Below are positions 19,817 to 30,129 of a stretch of 64,000 bases of DNA, piece after piece. The stretch is from Candidatus Enterosoma merdigallinarum (GTDB taxonomy: Bacteria; Bacillota_I; Bacilli_A; RFN20; CAG-288): positions 6,037-70,036 of the forward strand of contig DVNL01000007.1 in NCBI GenBank assembly GCA_018714385.1, written 5' to 3'. A program made the position numbers and the translations under genes. How positions within the stretch are numbered: the stretch's first letter is position 1; every line of letters begins with the position of its first letter. The notes below the pieces were generated by a model. That model did no database searches and was not told the origin of the DNA. It saw only the letters and a program-made list of their open reading frames with translations.

Positions 19817-19850
19817 CCGCCCGGCCGAAAGGCTGGGCGGTTTTTGTTTT
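19817..19850 (+). terminator. Intrinsic terminator
   Basis: ccgcccggcc-gaaa-ggctgggcgg-tttttgtttt. Confidence 0.9.
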
Positions 19851-20039
19851 CTCTTTTCTCCATTTCTGGAAAAAGATTTTCTTCTATCGGGAAGATAGAC
19901 AAAGGAAAACATTAAGATCGTAGGAAATAAATTTGAGTTTTTGATTGCTGGAGTCTTTTGGAGGCGATCTTAAAAGCATCTGAGGAGACGGCTTCATATT
20001 CCGATTCTTGCGAGAGAAAAAGGACTCTTGATCCGAAGA

Positions 20040-20822
20040 TCAAGGCTTTAGGATGTAGTAGTTTTTCTCCATGTCGGCGTAGAGGTATTTTTCGAGAGTG
20101 AATTCATAGAGAGAAAGCACGACCGGGCGGATATCTTTTCTGAATTCATAGAAGTGGTCGAGGAGATAGAAATCTCGTTTTCCATGGGAAAGGAAGTCCT
20201 TCAGCGTTTCCATCAGAAGGGAGTATTCCGTCTTTCCAGTTTGCATTATGCTTTCAACGAAGAAACGGTCGTTTGCGACTTGGTAATCCAGCTGTCTCCG
20301 TATGCTCGCCCTTCTTTCGTCGTTTGTCATCGCCTTCTCCGGCGGGGTGGACCAGGCCATGGGGTCATAGGGCCGTATTTCAAGAAATTCCGGATGCTCT
20401 TTGCAAAAATGATTATATTTTTGGACATCGGGATTGCCTAATCGCCAATGCTTGTAGCTCTTCATCTTGTGCCAAAGGGCCCAGTACTCTTTTGCCAAGG
20501 CAGGGATCGTATCCAGAAGGGCATCTTGGGATAGTTTTTCATAGAGCGCATCCCATTCCTTCTTCCTTTCGGAGACATAGAGGTCCGAGATCTCTTCGTA
20601 TCGCGGGTTTCTTTCCGCAAAGCCAGGCAAACAGCCTAGTTCGCAGTCAAAATCGTCCAACCCTGTCCAATAGCAACAGGAGAAAAGTCCGGGCTCCGGA
20701 AAGCCATCCAGCGACTTTCCTTTTTCGTCCTTGAAGAAGACGCCGACGAAGATGTCCGTATCGGAGGTGTCGATCCGAGGGATTTCCCATCCTTTTTCCA
20801 TTGTCGTGTTTTCTTTCCCCAT
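20040..20822 (-). CDS. Hypothetical soluble protein (260 aa)
   Basis: Fills gap between genes, protein-like composition, TAAAAT 6 nt before ATG; no recognised motif. Confidence 0.65.
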   Translation of the reverse strand: MGKENTTMEKGWEIPRIDTSDTDIFVGVFFKDEKGKSLDGFPEPGLFSCCYWTGLDDFDCELGCLPGFAERNPRYEEISDLYVSERKKEWDALYEKLSQDALLDTIPALAKEYWALWHKMKSYKHWRLGNPDVQKYNHFCKEHPEFLEIRPYDPMAWSTPPEKAMTNDERRASIRRQLDYQVANDRFFVESIMQTGKTEYSLLMETLKDFLSHGKRDFYLLDHFYEFRKDIRPVVLSLYEFTLEKYLYADMEKNYYILKP

Positions 20823-20893
20823 GTCTCTATTTTATATCTTTTGGCGAGAAGGAATTCTCTTTTCTTGGTACAATCACTCTCGAGGTGATAGTC

Positions 20894-22063
20894 ATGGAAA
20901 GTAAGATGGGATATGTGCATGCGGAAGGGACGTCTCTCCATGATGGCGACGGGAAAAAGCTGGTTTTGAAAGGGGTGAATCTCGGCGATTGGTTCGTCCA
21001 GGAGTTCTGGATGGCATCTTCATGCGTGGACGGCTTTCAGACCGGGATCTATACCCAGTCGAGAGGCATCGCCGCCATGCGGGACAACCCGAACCTGCAA
21101 GAGGGGCAGATCCGGGAACTGGAGGCTTTCTATATCGATACTTTCATACAGGAAGCGGACTTCAAGAGGATCCGGGATCTCGGTCTCAACGTCGTCCGGA
21201 TCAACTTTTCCGTCTACAATCTGACGGATAATGGCGAGAACGTGCGCGAAAAGGGCTTCGAAAAGCTCGATTGGGCCGTGGACATGGCTAAGAAGCATGG
21301 TCTCTATGTCATTCTCGATCTTCATGGCGCAATCGGTTCTCAGAATATGGACCACCATTCCGGGGACGATGCCCATTTCAATCTCTTCGGCTCCCCAGAG
21401 AACCGCCGCAAGACCGTTCATCTCTGGGAACAGATCGCCGAGCACTTCAAAGAGAGCAGGACCGTTGCCGGCTATGACCTTCTCAACGAATCGAGGAGGA
21501 AAAAACATCGCTACGGTGGGAAAGTCTGCTTCGATTTCTACGATGAGCTTTATCGCGCCGTCAGGAAAATCGATCCGAACCATATGATCATCGTCGAATG
21601 CTTCTCCTTCCCCAACCATGGCGCCGACAGCAGGGGCTATGGATGGAAAAACGTCTGCTACGAGTACCATATCTACAATCTGACACCTCTTTCCCAAATG
21701 ACGTGTTTGCGATTCTATCGTTTCCTTCATGAAAAGATGGGATATGAGGCACCGGTCTATATCGGAGAATGGAATGCCTGGGGCAGAGACAAGGATTGGC
21801 AAAGGACATTCGACTTCTTTGACAGATTGGGGTGGTCTTATACCTCCTGGACATACAAGGTCAATCGCTATCCGGCGGATCATGGCGTTCGTGCCGGGAG
21901 GGGATCATGGGGCCTTCTGGAAATCGATGTGAAACCTGTCAATTTGCACACGGCGACGTATGAGGAGATCAAGAAGACATATCTTTCCGTGGGAAGCGAA
22001 AACGCAAAAGAAACACATGTCTATGATTCTTATAAAAAACGGTTTTTGAATAAAATCAATTGA
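20894..22063 (+). CDS. GH5 glycoside hydrolase (exo-glucanase-like), no signal peptide
   Basis: 'GVNLGDW', 'ILDLHGA', 'YDLLNE' (acid/base), 'YIGEW' (nucleophile), 'WTYK'; SD gaggt before ATG 20894. Confidence 0.88.
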   Translation: MESKMGYVHAEGTSLHDGDGKKLVLKGVNLGDWFVQEFWMASSCVDGFQTGIYTQSRGIAAMRDNPNLQEGQIRELEAFYIDTFIQEADFKRIRDLGLNVVRINFSVYNLTDNGENVREKGFEKLDWAVDMAKKHGLYVILDLHGAIGSQNMDHHSGDDAHFNLFGSPENRRKTVHLWEQIAEHFKESRTVAGYDLLNESRRKKHRYGGKVCFDFYDELYRAVRKIDPNHMIIVECFSFPNHGADSRGYGWKNVCYEYHIYNLTPLSQMTCLRFYRFLHEKMGYEAPVYIGEWNAWGRDKDWQRTFDFFDRLGWSYTSWTYKVNRYPADHGVRAGRGSWGLLEIDVKPVNLHTATYEEIKKTYLSVGSENAKETHVYDSYKKRFLNKIN

Positions 22064-22296
22064 AAATATAGAATTTCAAGCGTTTAATTCATGGCAAAGA
22101 ATTGAAGTCATTGCGTCGATGATTGCTAGGCATCTCGGATGGATCCTCTTTTCTCGGCTCTTGCCTTTTTTCGGAACACTTCCCTTTGGGCGGAAGCTTC
22201 GTCAAGAAGTCGGGATTGTTGTTGTTTGCGTAAAGGAAAATCAGTCGAAACCTCTCCTGCTCCTGCCGTATAATTTAAGCAGGAAGGATTTCTAGC

Positions 22297-25200
22297 ATGA
22301 ACAATACCAAGGAAAAGGTCTCCCTTAGACAATGGCTCGTCTTCATTTTCGTCGGCCTTGCCGGACAATTCGCCTGGTCGATAGAGAATATGTATCTCAA
22401 TTCCTATCTTTACTATTTGAACATGAACGCACAAGCCGGGCAGGGCTTCAACTCCTCTCTCATGGTCGCCTTGACGACAGCCCTTAGCGCCATCACGGCG
22501 ACAGTGACGACCATCTTCATGGGATCGTTGACGGACAAGGTGCGGAAGAGAAAGATTTTTATCTCGCTCGGATACATCCTTTGGGGCATCGCGACGGCTT
22601 CCTTTGGCTTGCTCGATGTCGGAAACGCTCAAAGCATCGTTCCCATCAGCATGGCGGCGAGCACGGCGGCCATCCTTGTCATCGTCATCGACTGCGTGAT
22701 GACTTTCCTGGGATCGACGGCCAACGATGCAGCGTTCAATTCCTACGTCACGAAGAACGTCCGGGACGAAAACCGCGGAAAGGTCGAAGGCGTCCTTTCG
22801 ATCCTTCCTCTTGTGGCAATGCTGATCATTTTCGTTGCCCTGAACGGTCTGACTGCCAATGGGCAATGGGATCTGTTTTTCTATGTCGTCGGTGCCATCG
22901 TCATTCTCGTCGGCATCGTCTCCTTCTTCCTCATCCCGAAGGAAAAGCCGGAAAAGCCGAGCGACGAGAAGTTTCTTCCGATTCTCGCGGAAGGCTTCCG
23001 TCCTTCCACCGTCAAGGCGAACAAGAGTCTCTATCTGGTGCTTCTTTGCTATTTCGTCTATGGTGTCGCCATCCAGGTCTTTTTCCCCTATCTTATGGTC
23101 TATGTCGAAAGGACCGTCTCCGTCCCGAATTCCGGCTCGTCCTTCCTGACGCCTTTTGCCATCGTCATGGCTGTCGCCTTGCTCCTTGGATCGGCTGGAA
23201 GCGTCCTCATCGGCTTTCTTTCTGATAAGAAGGGAAAGATCAAAATGATCCTTCCGACCTGTGCCATCCTCGGCTTGGGCCTTCTGATGCTATTCTTTGC
23301 TCCGGACATCCCCTCCGATACGGGACGCTATGCCTATACGGCAATCGCCGGTCTCGTCATGATCCTTGGCTATGTCGCCGTGCCGACGATCCTCAACTCC
23401 TTGGTGCGAGACTACATTCCGAAAGGGAAAGAGGGCTCCTTCATGGGCGTCCGCATGCTCTTTGTCGTCGCTCTCCCCATGTGCATCGGCCCCTTTATCG
23501 GCGATGCCTTGAACCAGGCCACAGGACAGACTTACATCAACGAGTACGACATCGTTTCCGCGTTGCCGTCGAAGTTCGGCTATATCGCAGGGTTGGTTTT
23601 GCTCCTTCTCATCGTCGTCCCTTATTTCTTCCTTGCTCGTTCGACGCGATATGAAAAGAACAATGGCTATCTTGTCGCTAGCCTTCTCAAGAATGGTGAG
23701 GAACTTCCTGCGATAAAGCGTGGGAAGAAACATCCGCGTCCATCCTTCAGAAGAAAGTCGTTTGTTTCCCTTGAAGGGGAGTGGGATTATTGCATCACAA
23801 AGGACGACGCGCTTCCGGAAGCATATGACGGAAAGATTCAGGTTCCCTTTGCCATCGAGTCCCCTCTCAGTGGGGTCAATCATCTTCTCTTGCCGGAAGA
23901 GAGGCTATTCTATCGCCGGAAAATCGTGCTCGATTCCGCCTTCTATCAAGAACACGTCTTCCTCTGTTTCGAGGGTGTCGATCAGTTTGCCGATGTCTTT
24001 GTCGACGGGAAGCACGTCTGTTCCCACGAAGGCGGTTATACGCGTTTCCGAGTCGACGTCCGTCCCTATCTCTCCTCGCCCTCCTTCGAGCTTGTCGTCC
24101 GAGTGCGGGATCGGACCGATTCGTCCTACTTGATGACGGGCAAGCAGCGGTTGACGCCGAACGGATGGTTCTATTCTTCCTCAAGCGGAATCGTCAAGAG
24201 CGTGTATCTTGAATCCGCCGGAAAGGCGGCGATAGATGGTCTCGTTCTTGTCCCCGACTTTGAGAACAAATGCGTCCACGTCACCGTCCGATCGGAAGTC
24301 GAAGGCTCCTGGATGGTGGAAGTCGGCGAGGAGTCCGTCGAGGTCCAAACCGGAAAGACGGTCGCCGTCCCTCTGATCCCTTTCCGCCCGTGGTCTATCG
24401 AGGATCCCTACCTCTATGATGTTCATGTCTTCGGGCAGGACGACGAAGTCTTTTCTTATTTCGGGGTCCGTGCCATCGAGGTCGGCGGCGGCAAGGACGG
24501 CAAGAGGCATATCTATCTCAACGGGAGAAAGATTTTCCTCAACGGGCTTCTCGACCAGGGCTATTATCAGGGCGGCGGATTGACCGCTCCCGACGAATCG
24601 CTTTTCTTGAAGGATATCCAGAACGCCAAGGCTCTCGGTTTCAACTGCCTTCGCATGCACGTGAAGGTCGAAGAGGACCGATTCTATTATCTCGCCGCCA
24701 AAGAAGGGATCTTTTTGATCCAGGACATTCCAAACGGCGGAGAACACATCCCCTTCTTCAACGTCGTCTACCCCCGTGCGAGCGTCTTCCTGTTCAATCG
24801 TCCCTTCTATCTGACGAGGAAAGGATACGGAAGAAGGAACGCCGAGGGCTGCAAGAAGTTCATCGACGAGAGCTTTGCCATCCTCAAGGACCTTGCCTTC
24901 AATCCCGCGATCGTCGTGGTGACGATATTCAACGAGGCGTGGGGTCAGTTCGATCCCGAGAAGCTCTATTCGATTCTCAAGAGGGAGTATCCACAGTTCC
25001 TCTTCGATACGGCTTCGGGATGGCTGGACACGCCGAAATCCGATCTCTTCTCCATCCACAGCTATACGGTTCCCCATTTGCGGCGGAAGAGAGGGGAAAG
25101 GCCCTATGTCCTGACGGAGATAGGGGGAGCCTCTTTGAAAGTGGCCGGCCACTATCTCTATCCCAAAGTCTACGGACATCATGTCTGTCGCTCCGAGGAG

Positions 25201-25407
25201 GCCTTCCAGAAACGGTATCGGAAACTCTACGAAGGCTTCTATCGGCAAATCGAGGACGGGTCCCTCAACGGACTTGTCTATACGCAGCTCAACGATTGCG
25301 AGACGGAGGCTAACGGCATCTACACCCTGGACAGAGCCGTCCTCAAGCTTCCTTGCGAGATGGTCAAGACCATCAACGGCACCATCGCCCGCCTCGCAAA
25401 AGAATGA
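22297..25407 (+). CDS. MFS sugar transporter fused to GH2 glycoside hydrolase
   Basis: ~450-aa MFS ('GSLTDKVRKRK', 'GFLSDKKGK') then GH2 ('HPRP..R...SLEGEWDY', 'LDQGYY', 'FNEAWGQF', 'TEIGG', 'YTQLND.E.EANG'). Confidence 0.88.
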   Translation: MNNTKEKVSLRQWLVFIFVGLAGQFAWSIENMYLNSYLYYLNMNAQAGQGFNSSLMVALTTALSAITATVTTIFMGSLTDKVRKRKIFISLGYILWGIATASFGLLDVGNAQSIVPISMAASTAAILVIVIDCVMTFLGSTANDAAFNSYVTKNVRDENRGKVEGVLSILPLVAMLIIFVALNGLTANGQWDLFFYVVGAIVILVGIVSFFLIPKEKPEKPSDEKFLPILAEGFRPSTVKANKSLYLVLLCYFVYGVAIQVFFPYLMVYVERTVSVPNSGSSFLTPFAIVMAVALLLGSAGSVLIGFLSDKKGKIKMILPTCAILGLGLLMLFFAPDIPSDTGRYAYTAIAGLVMILGYVAVPTILNSLVRDYIPKGKEGSFMGVRMLFVVALPMCIGPFIGDALNQATGQTYINEYDIVSALPSKFGYIAGLVLLLLIVVPYFFLARSTRYEKNNGYLVASLLKNGEELPAIKRGKKHPRPSFRRKSFVSLEGEWDYCITKDDALPEAYDGKIQVPFAIESPLSGVNHLLLPEERLFYRRKIVLDSAFYQEHVFLCFEGVDQFADVFVDGKHVCSHEGGYTRFRVDVRPYLSSPSFELVVRVRDRTDSSYLMTGKQRLTPNGWFYSSSSGIVKSVYLESAGKAAIDGLVLVPDFENKCVHVTVRSEVEGSWMVEVGEESVEVQTGKTVAVPLIPFRPWSIEDPYLYDVHVFGQDDEVFSYFGVRAIEVGGGKDGKRHIYLNGRKIFLNGLLDQGYYQGGGLTAPDESLFLKDIQNAKALGFNCLRMHVKVEEDRFYYLAAKEGIFLIQDIPNGGEHIPFFNVVYPRASVFLFNRPFYLTRKGYGRRNAEGCKKFIDESFAILKDLAFNPAIVVVTIFNEAWGQFDPEKLYSILKREYPQFLFDTASGWLDTPKSDLFSIHSYTVPHLRRKRGERPYVLTEIGGASLKVAGHYLYPKVYGHHVCRSEEAFQKRYRKLYEGFYRQIEDGSLNGLVYTQLNDCETEANGIYTLDRAVLKLPCEMVKTINGTIARLAKE

Positions 25408-25483
25408 CGACCATCGCCTCCTTGGCTTTATAGGCCAACATTCGATCACGACACCTATGGCATGCCGGTTTCCGCAAGCCGGG

Positions 25484-25948
25484 CTAGGCGACCATATCGA
25501 GGACCTTCATGAGGTCCTCTTTTTCCATCTCGGGAAGCTCGTCCTTTCCGACCATGTGGAAATGCTCGTAGGTGAAGGAGGGAGAGACCATGCAACCGAC
25601 GAGGGTGTAGGTCTTGCCATGGATGCGGGAGCCGAAGATGGTGCCTTTCTTGACCAGGTGTTGGAAGACCCCGGAGTCTCTTCCGATGGCCGTCACCGTC
25701 AGCTTGCCCTGGCTATCGATCTCATAGATCTGGCAATCTTCGCCGTCCTGGTAATACCAAAGCTCGTCCTCTTTCAGGATGTGGAGATGGGAAATGTCCC
25801 CTTCCCCGAGCAGGAAGAGGATGGAGGAATAGAGACGCTGTTCTTGGTAGGGGACATCCGAAAGGAAGGTCTCCTTGAAGTAGCCGCCTTCCGGATGAGG
25901 AATCAGACCAAGCTTCTTCACGAACGCCGTTTTATCCATTGTCGACAT
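25484..25948 (-). CDS. Cupin_5 (DUF985) family protein
   Basis: 'LGLIPHPEGGYFKET', 'SHLH....DELWYY', 'LVGCMVSPSF'; true start may be the second Met. Confidence 0.88.
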   Translation of the reverse strand: MSTMDKTAFVKKLGLIPHPEGGYFKETFLSDVPYQEQRLYSSILFLLGEGDISHLHILKEDELWYYQDGEDCQIYEIDSQGKLTVTAIGRDSGVFQHLVKKGTIFGSRIHGKTYTLVGCMVSPSFTYEHFHMVGKDELPEMEKEDLMKVLDMVA

Positions 25949-26050
25949 CCTCCGGTTTGTTCTAGTCTAGCATAGGGGAAGACGGCTCTCTTTGCCTTTT
26001 CAGAGATAGCCATAGTCGGCATCAAGGAAAAACAAAAACGATTCTTTATG

Positions 26051-26845
26051 TCAACAATAAATTTTTATTGTCGTAGCAATACGGTTTTTTCTTGTTTCCT
26101 TTTCATCTCCGATATAAATGAATTTGCCTTTTCCTCTCACGGAAATGCGTTGGCCGGCCTTTACTCGATAGCTGTTGTCCTTGATCGTCCTTCCATCGAC
26201 GAAGACTTCTTCCTTGCCGATTTTCTCCTGGCTGTCCCTTCTGGAGAGGTCGAAGGCTTCCTTGATGATGGCATCGATCCGGTTGTGGGCAAGGGTAATC
26301 CTTTTCTCTTGGAAACGAAAGACGAAGGGACAGGAACCGGGAGGAAGAAGAGAAGCCGATATCGGCGTGTGCTTGACACGGACTAGGCTTTCCTTGACAT
26401 CCTCCGCGATCGGTTTCGCAAGGAAGAGATAGCCTAGGGTCCCGTCGGTCAGGATGTCGCCAAATTCCTTTCTCTCGTAGCCGAGGTTCATCAGGGCGCC
26501 GAGATAATCGCGGTGCGTGAGCCTGTCTGCGTATTTGATGCTTTTCGGCGTCAGCAGAAGGCAGGCAATCGCTTCTTTTTCGATCTCCGCCTTCCTTGCG
26601 CTATCGAGCGGTTCGGGAGAGAAGAGCAGAATCTTTCTGTCGCTTTCCTCGTGACCGCCGAGAAAGGCGAAGAAGGAGCCGCGGCATTTGCCGGTTTCTG
26701 CTTCGATTCCTTCCTTCTTCAGCCAATCGAAAAAGACGTTCTGCTCCGAGAGGGAGAGAAAGCCGGTCATCGTTTCGTGGCCTCTTTTGTAGGCCCGGTC
26801 GGAAAGCTCGCGGAAACGCGCGATGAGAAGGGAAGTCTCGTCCAT
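26051..26845 (-). CDS. ylmH: YlmH/Sll1252-family S4 RNA-binding protein
   Basis: 'GFLSLSEQ', 'LTHRDYLGALMNLG', 'RIDAII', 'ISVRGKGK'; TATAAT 7 nt before ATG. Confidence 0.85.
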   Translation of the reverse strand: MDETSLLIARFRELSDRAYKRGHETMTGFLSLSEQNVFFDWLKKEGIEAETGKCRGSFFAFLGGHEESDRKILLFSPEPLDSARKAEIEKEAIACLLLTPKSIKYADRLTHRDYLGALMNLGYERKEFGDILTDGTLGYLFLAKPIAEDVKESLVRVKHTPISASLLPPGSCPFVFRFQEKRITLAHNRIDAIIKEAFDLSRRDSQEKIGKEEVFVDGRTIKDNSYRVKAGQRISVRGKGKFIYIGDEKETRKNRIATTIKIYC

Positions 26846-26963
26846 ACACGAAATTATAGCCGAGGCGAGAGAGGCTTTCATCCTCATCCGGCGATGGCGT
26901 TTCTCTGACACGGACCGCTGTGGCTTTGCTATCATCTATTCTGGAAACGGCGGAGGTTTGTCC

Positions 26964-27518
26964 ATGCGCTTGAAGTCCGCTCTTCGAAAAATGACTTTGT
27001 CGGCGATGTTCCTTGCCCTCGGCCTGGTTCTTCCTTTCCTGACGGGACAGATCCCGCAGATCGGGAGCATGCTCTTGCCGATGCATGTCCCGGTTTTTCT
27101 CTGCGGATTGATATGCGGCTTTCCTTACGGGGCTTTGATCGGTTTTGTGATGCCTCTTCTTCGCTCCGCCCTTTTCTCCGTGCCCGTCTTCTTTCCGACC
27201 GCGACAGCAATGGCCTTTGAATTGACGGCCTATGGCTTCTTCTCAGGCCTTTTCTATGGGCTTTGGCGGAAGCAGGGGCTTCTTGCCGTCTATCTGTCCT
27301 TGATCTCCAGCATGCTTCTCGGCCGGGGCATCTGGGGGCTTGTCCAGTATGTCCAGCTTTCCGCGACAGGGGATGTTTTTACTCTCGAGGCCTTCCTTGC
27401 TGGGTCTTTCTTCCAGGCGTTTCCCGGAATCCTTCTGCAGCTTGTCCTCATCCCGGCGATCCTTCTTGCCCTCGACAAGGCGGGTCTCGTCCGTTTCCGA
27501 AGGGAGGAGAAGGCATGA
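26964..27518 (+). CDS. ECF transporter S component
   Basis: 'LLPMHVPV..CGLICG', 'AMAFEL', 'PGILLQLVLIP'; SD ggaggt. Confidence 0.85.
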   Translation: MRLKSALRKMTLSAMFLALGLVLPFLTGQIPQIGSMLLPMHVPVFLCGLICGFPYGALIGFVMPLLRSALFSVPVFFPTATAMAFELTAYGFFSGLFYGLWRKQGLLAVYLSLISSMLLGRGIWGLVQYVQLSATGDVFTLEAFLAGSFFQAFPGILLQLVLIPAILLALDKAGLVRFRREEKA

Positions 27519-28081
27519 GGGCGGCAGACGTGTTGCTGGATAGGATTCAAGAGAGGCGGGAAGGAAAAGACGTCTTTCTTGTCGGCATCGATGGCCGCTG
27601 CGGCTCGGGAAAGACGACTCTCTGCCGTGAGATTCGAAAAAGAACGGGCTGGAGCGTCATCCCGATGGACGACTTCTTCCTTCGTGCGTCGCAAAGAACG
27701 TCGGAGAGGCTTTCTCTCCCCGGAGGGAACGTGGATCACGAACGATTCCGAAGCGAGGTTCTTGAGCCTTTGAAGAGAGGAGGAGACATTTTCTACCGTC
27801 CCTATTCCTGTCGGGAGAAAAGGCTTCTCGACCCCTGTTTTGTGCCACGGACTTCCGTCATTCTCGTCGAAGGATCGTATTGCCTCCACCCCGATCTTTG
27901 GGACGGGTATGGCCTTCGTGTCTTCGTCGACGTGCTGCCGGAAGAACAGAGGAGAAGGCTCCTCTTGAGGAATCCGGAAAAGTTCGAGGATTTCTCTTCC
28001 CTGTGGATTCCGCTCGAGGAGAAGTATTTCTCGGCCTTCGACCTGAAGAATCGATGCGACCTTGTCCTAAAAGTCCCTTGA
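27515..28081 (+). CDS. Uridine kinase/phosphoribulokinase-like P-loop kinase
   Basis: 'GIDGRCGSGKTT', 'MDDFF', 'VEGSY', 'WIPLEEKYF'; ATGA overlap. Confidence 0.85.
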   Translation: MRAADVLLDRIQERREGKDVFLVGIDGRCGSGKTTLCREIRKRTGWSVIPMDDFFLRASQRTSERLSLPGGNVDHERFRSEVLEPLKRGGDIFYRPYSCREKRLLDPCFVPRTSVILVEGSYCLHPDLWDGYGLRVFVDVLPEEQRRRLLLRNPEKFEDFSSLWIPLEEKYFSAFDLKNRCDLVLKVP

Positions 28082-28146
28082 AAGAAACGGAACTTCAAAG
28101 GGATTTATGGTAATCTAGATAATGAAGTATCGTGGGGGCAAAAGGA

Positions 28147-30129
28147 ATGAAGAAGGAAAATGTCGAATATCTCATTCTCGTCGGTCTTTTCCCCGTCTAT
28201 CTCGCTTTGATGTCGCTATCCCTCCTCTCCGGATCCGCTTTTTTGATGTTCATTCTCATCGGTGTCAGCGGCGGCTATCTCTTCGTCGTCCTCGTCGCGA
28301 ACCTGGTCTTTCTCTTCCTTCGCCGCGATCGGTACGAGGAATCGAAAGCCGTTCTGGACAAGTTCCGCCAAACGGAAAAGGGAGAGGGGCCGAAGCCGAA
28401 GCTGTTGCTGAGGAAGCCTTTCCTGTTTCTCGTCTTTTCCTATCTTTACATCCTTCTCCTTCTTTTGAGCCTCTTCTTCCTCGGCTTTGCGACGATGTTC
28501 TTTTTGAGGACGAACGTCTGCTACGTCATCCCTGCTCTTGTCCTTTCCCTTCTTCTTTCCACCTTGACGACGACAATCATCGGCCTTTTCCTTCCGGAGA
28601 GAAGGCGTTCCGTCACAATGGACTCCGACAGCCAGGTCCATAGGCTGTTCCATGCGCTTTTCCCGAAGAAAAAAGTCCGTGTCATCGTCGACAGGGGAAA
28701 TGGCTTTTCGATCGCCAGGACGCCCGCCTGGACCACTCTGCGTCTTGGCGTCAACCTTCTTCTTTTCCTCGATCCCGAGGAATTGGACGGCCTTCTTCGC
28801 TATGAGACGTCTGTCTATCGCGATCCGCTCTTGAAGAAGGGGCATCGACTCTCCAGAAGGATCGAGACGATGGAACGGTTGACCGAGAGGATGACGTTTT
28901 TGAACTTCCTGAACGTCCTCTTCTTCCGCTTCCTTCTCTTCGTCAAGAAAAAGACGTGCGTGGATTTCCTCGACGTCAAGGACAGGATGGAAGAGCGTCT
29001 TCGCGATGACATTCTCCTTTCCGAAGGCCGGGAAAAGGCGTATCTTTTTGCCCTCGGAAAGAGGATGAGTCTCGATATCTTTGATGGCCTGGAACTCCCG
29101 AATCCTTTCTATAAAGCATGGGAAGACTATCCTGAGGACAGCTTTATTAGGACATTTGGACAAAAATACGAATACATTCAAAAGAACGAAGATAGATTTA
29201 AAAATTATCTGAACAATTCTCCAATATTCAAAAAGAAGATGGAGCATTATTCCATCGCCGAAATCGATCTTCGAAAGAAAGACACCACGGGCGAATACTA
29301 TCGCCAGGCCAAGAGTGTTGCGATGAAGCTTGGGAGAAAGCACCTCAAAAGGTGGAGGGAGGAGTACGAGATCGCAAGATACCGGAACTATCAGGCTTTC
29401 AAGGATATTCTCTCCCTCCGCTTCGAATCGGACGAAAGCCTTGAGATCGCCCTCAGGGGACTGGTTGCCGAAAAAGACGGCGAGGGCGAAAGAGCCTCTT
29501 CGCTCTATGAGGAAGCCTTATTGAAAGATGAGGAGAACGTCTTGGCCCTTTACCATTCCGGTCTCCTTCTTTTGCGGAAGGACGACGGAAGAGGGGTAGA
29601 GAGGGTCAAGAGGGCAAGCGACATCGATGCCAACTATCTCGAGTCCGGACTTCTTGCCATCGATGCCTTCTATCGGCGAAACGGCCTTCTGGAGGAGAAA
29701 GACTGGACGGACGACTGCAATATCCGACTTATCGAACAGAGGCTGGATGAGAAAGAGAAGGCAGAGCTGACATCCAATAGTCTCATGCGTGAAGACGGCC
29801 TTTCAAAGGAAGGTATCGAAAGGATCGTCTCCTTGGCCGTGCAGCTTCCTTGCGTGGAAAGAATCAAGATGGTCGAGCAAGAGACCCGGGAGGGGGTCGT
29901 CAAGCATCATGTCGGTTTGCTTTTCCGGGAAAAGACTTCCTGGCAGGAGAGATATCGCGCCTTCCTCGCCTTCTATGTTCTTCTGGACGACTTCCGTCTC
30001 GGTCAGGAACCGATCCGCTTTTTCCTGACTCCCTTGACGGGAGAAAAGAAATACGATGTCTATTCCTCTTTCCTCAACGGAAAGCACTCGAAGGTCGTCT
30101 ATGAGACGGAGGACAGGAAAAATGGTTGA
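28147..30129 (+). CDS. Membrane protein with degenerate M48-peptidase-like segment and TPR-like helices
   Basis: Four N-terminal TMs; 'LRLGVNLLLFLDPEELDGLLRYETS'; 'ASSLYEEALLKDEENVLALYHSGLLLL'. Confidence 0.55.
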   Translation: MKKENVEYLILVGLFPVYLALMSLSLLSGSAFLMFILIGVSGGYLFVVLVANLVFLFLRRDRYEESKAVLDKFRQTEKGEGPKPKLLLRKPFLFLVFSYLYILLLLLSLFFLGFATMFFLRTNVCYVIPALVLSLLLSTLTTTIIGLFLPERRRSVTMDSDSQVHRLFHALFPKKKVRVIVDRGNGFSIARTPAWTTLRLGVNLLLFLDPEELDGLLRYETSVYRDPLLKKGHRLSRRIETMERLTERMTFLNFLNVLFFRFLLFVKKKTCVDFLDVKDRMEERLRDDILLSEGREKAYLFALGKRMSLDIFDGLELPNPFYKAWEDYPEDSFIRTFGQKYEYIQKNEDRFKNYLNNSPIFKKKMEHYSIAEIDLRKKDTTGEYYRQAKSVAMKLGRKHLKRWREEYEIARYRNYQAFKDILSLRFESDESLEIALRGLVAEKDGEGERASSLYEEALLKDEENVLALYHSGLLLLRKDDGRGVERVKRASDIDANYLESGLLAIDAFYRRNGLLEEKDWTDDCNIRLIEQRLDEKEKAELTSNSLMREDGLSKEGIERIVSLAVQLPCVERIKMVEQETREGVVKHHVGLLFREKTSWQERYRAFLAFYVLLDDFRLGQEPIRFFLTPLTGEKKYDVYSSFLNGKHSKVVYETEDRKNG

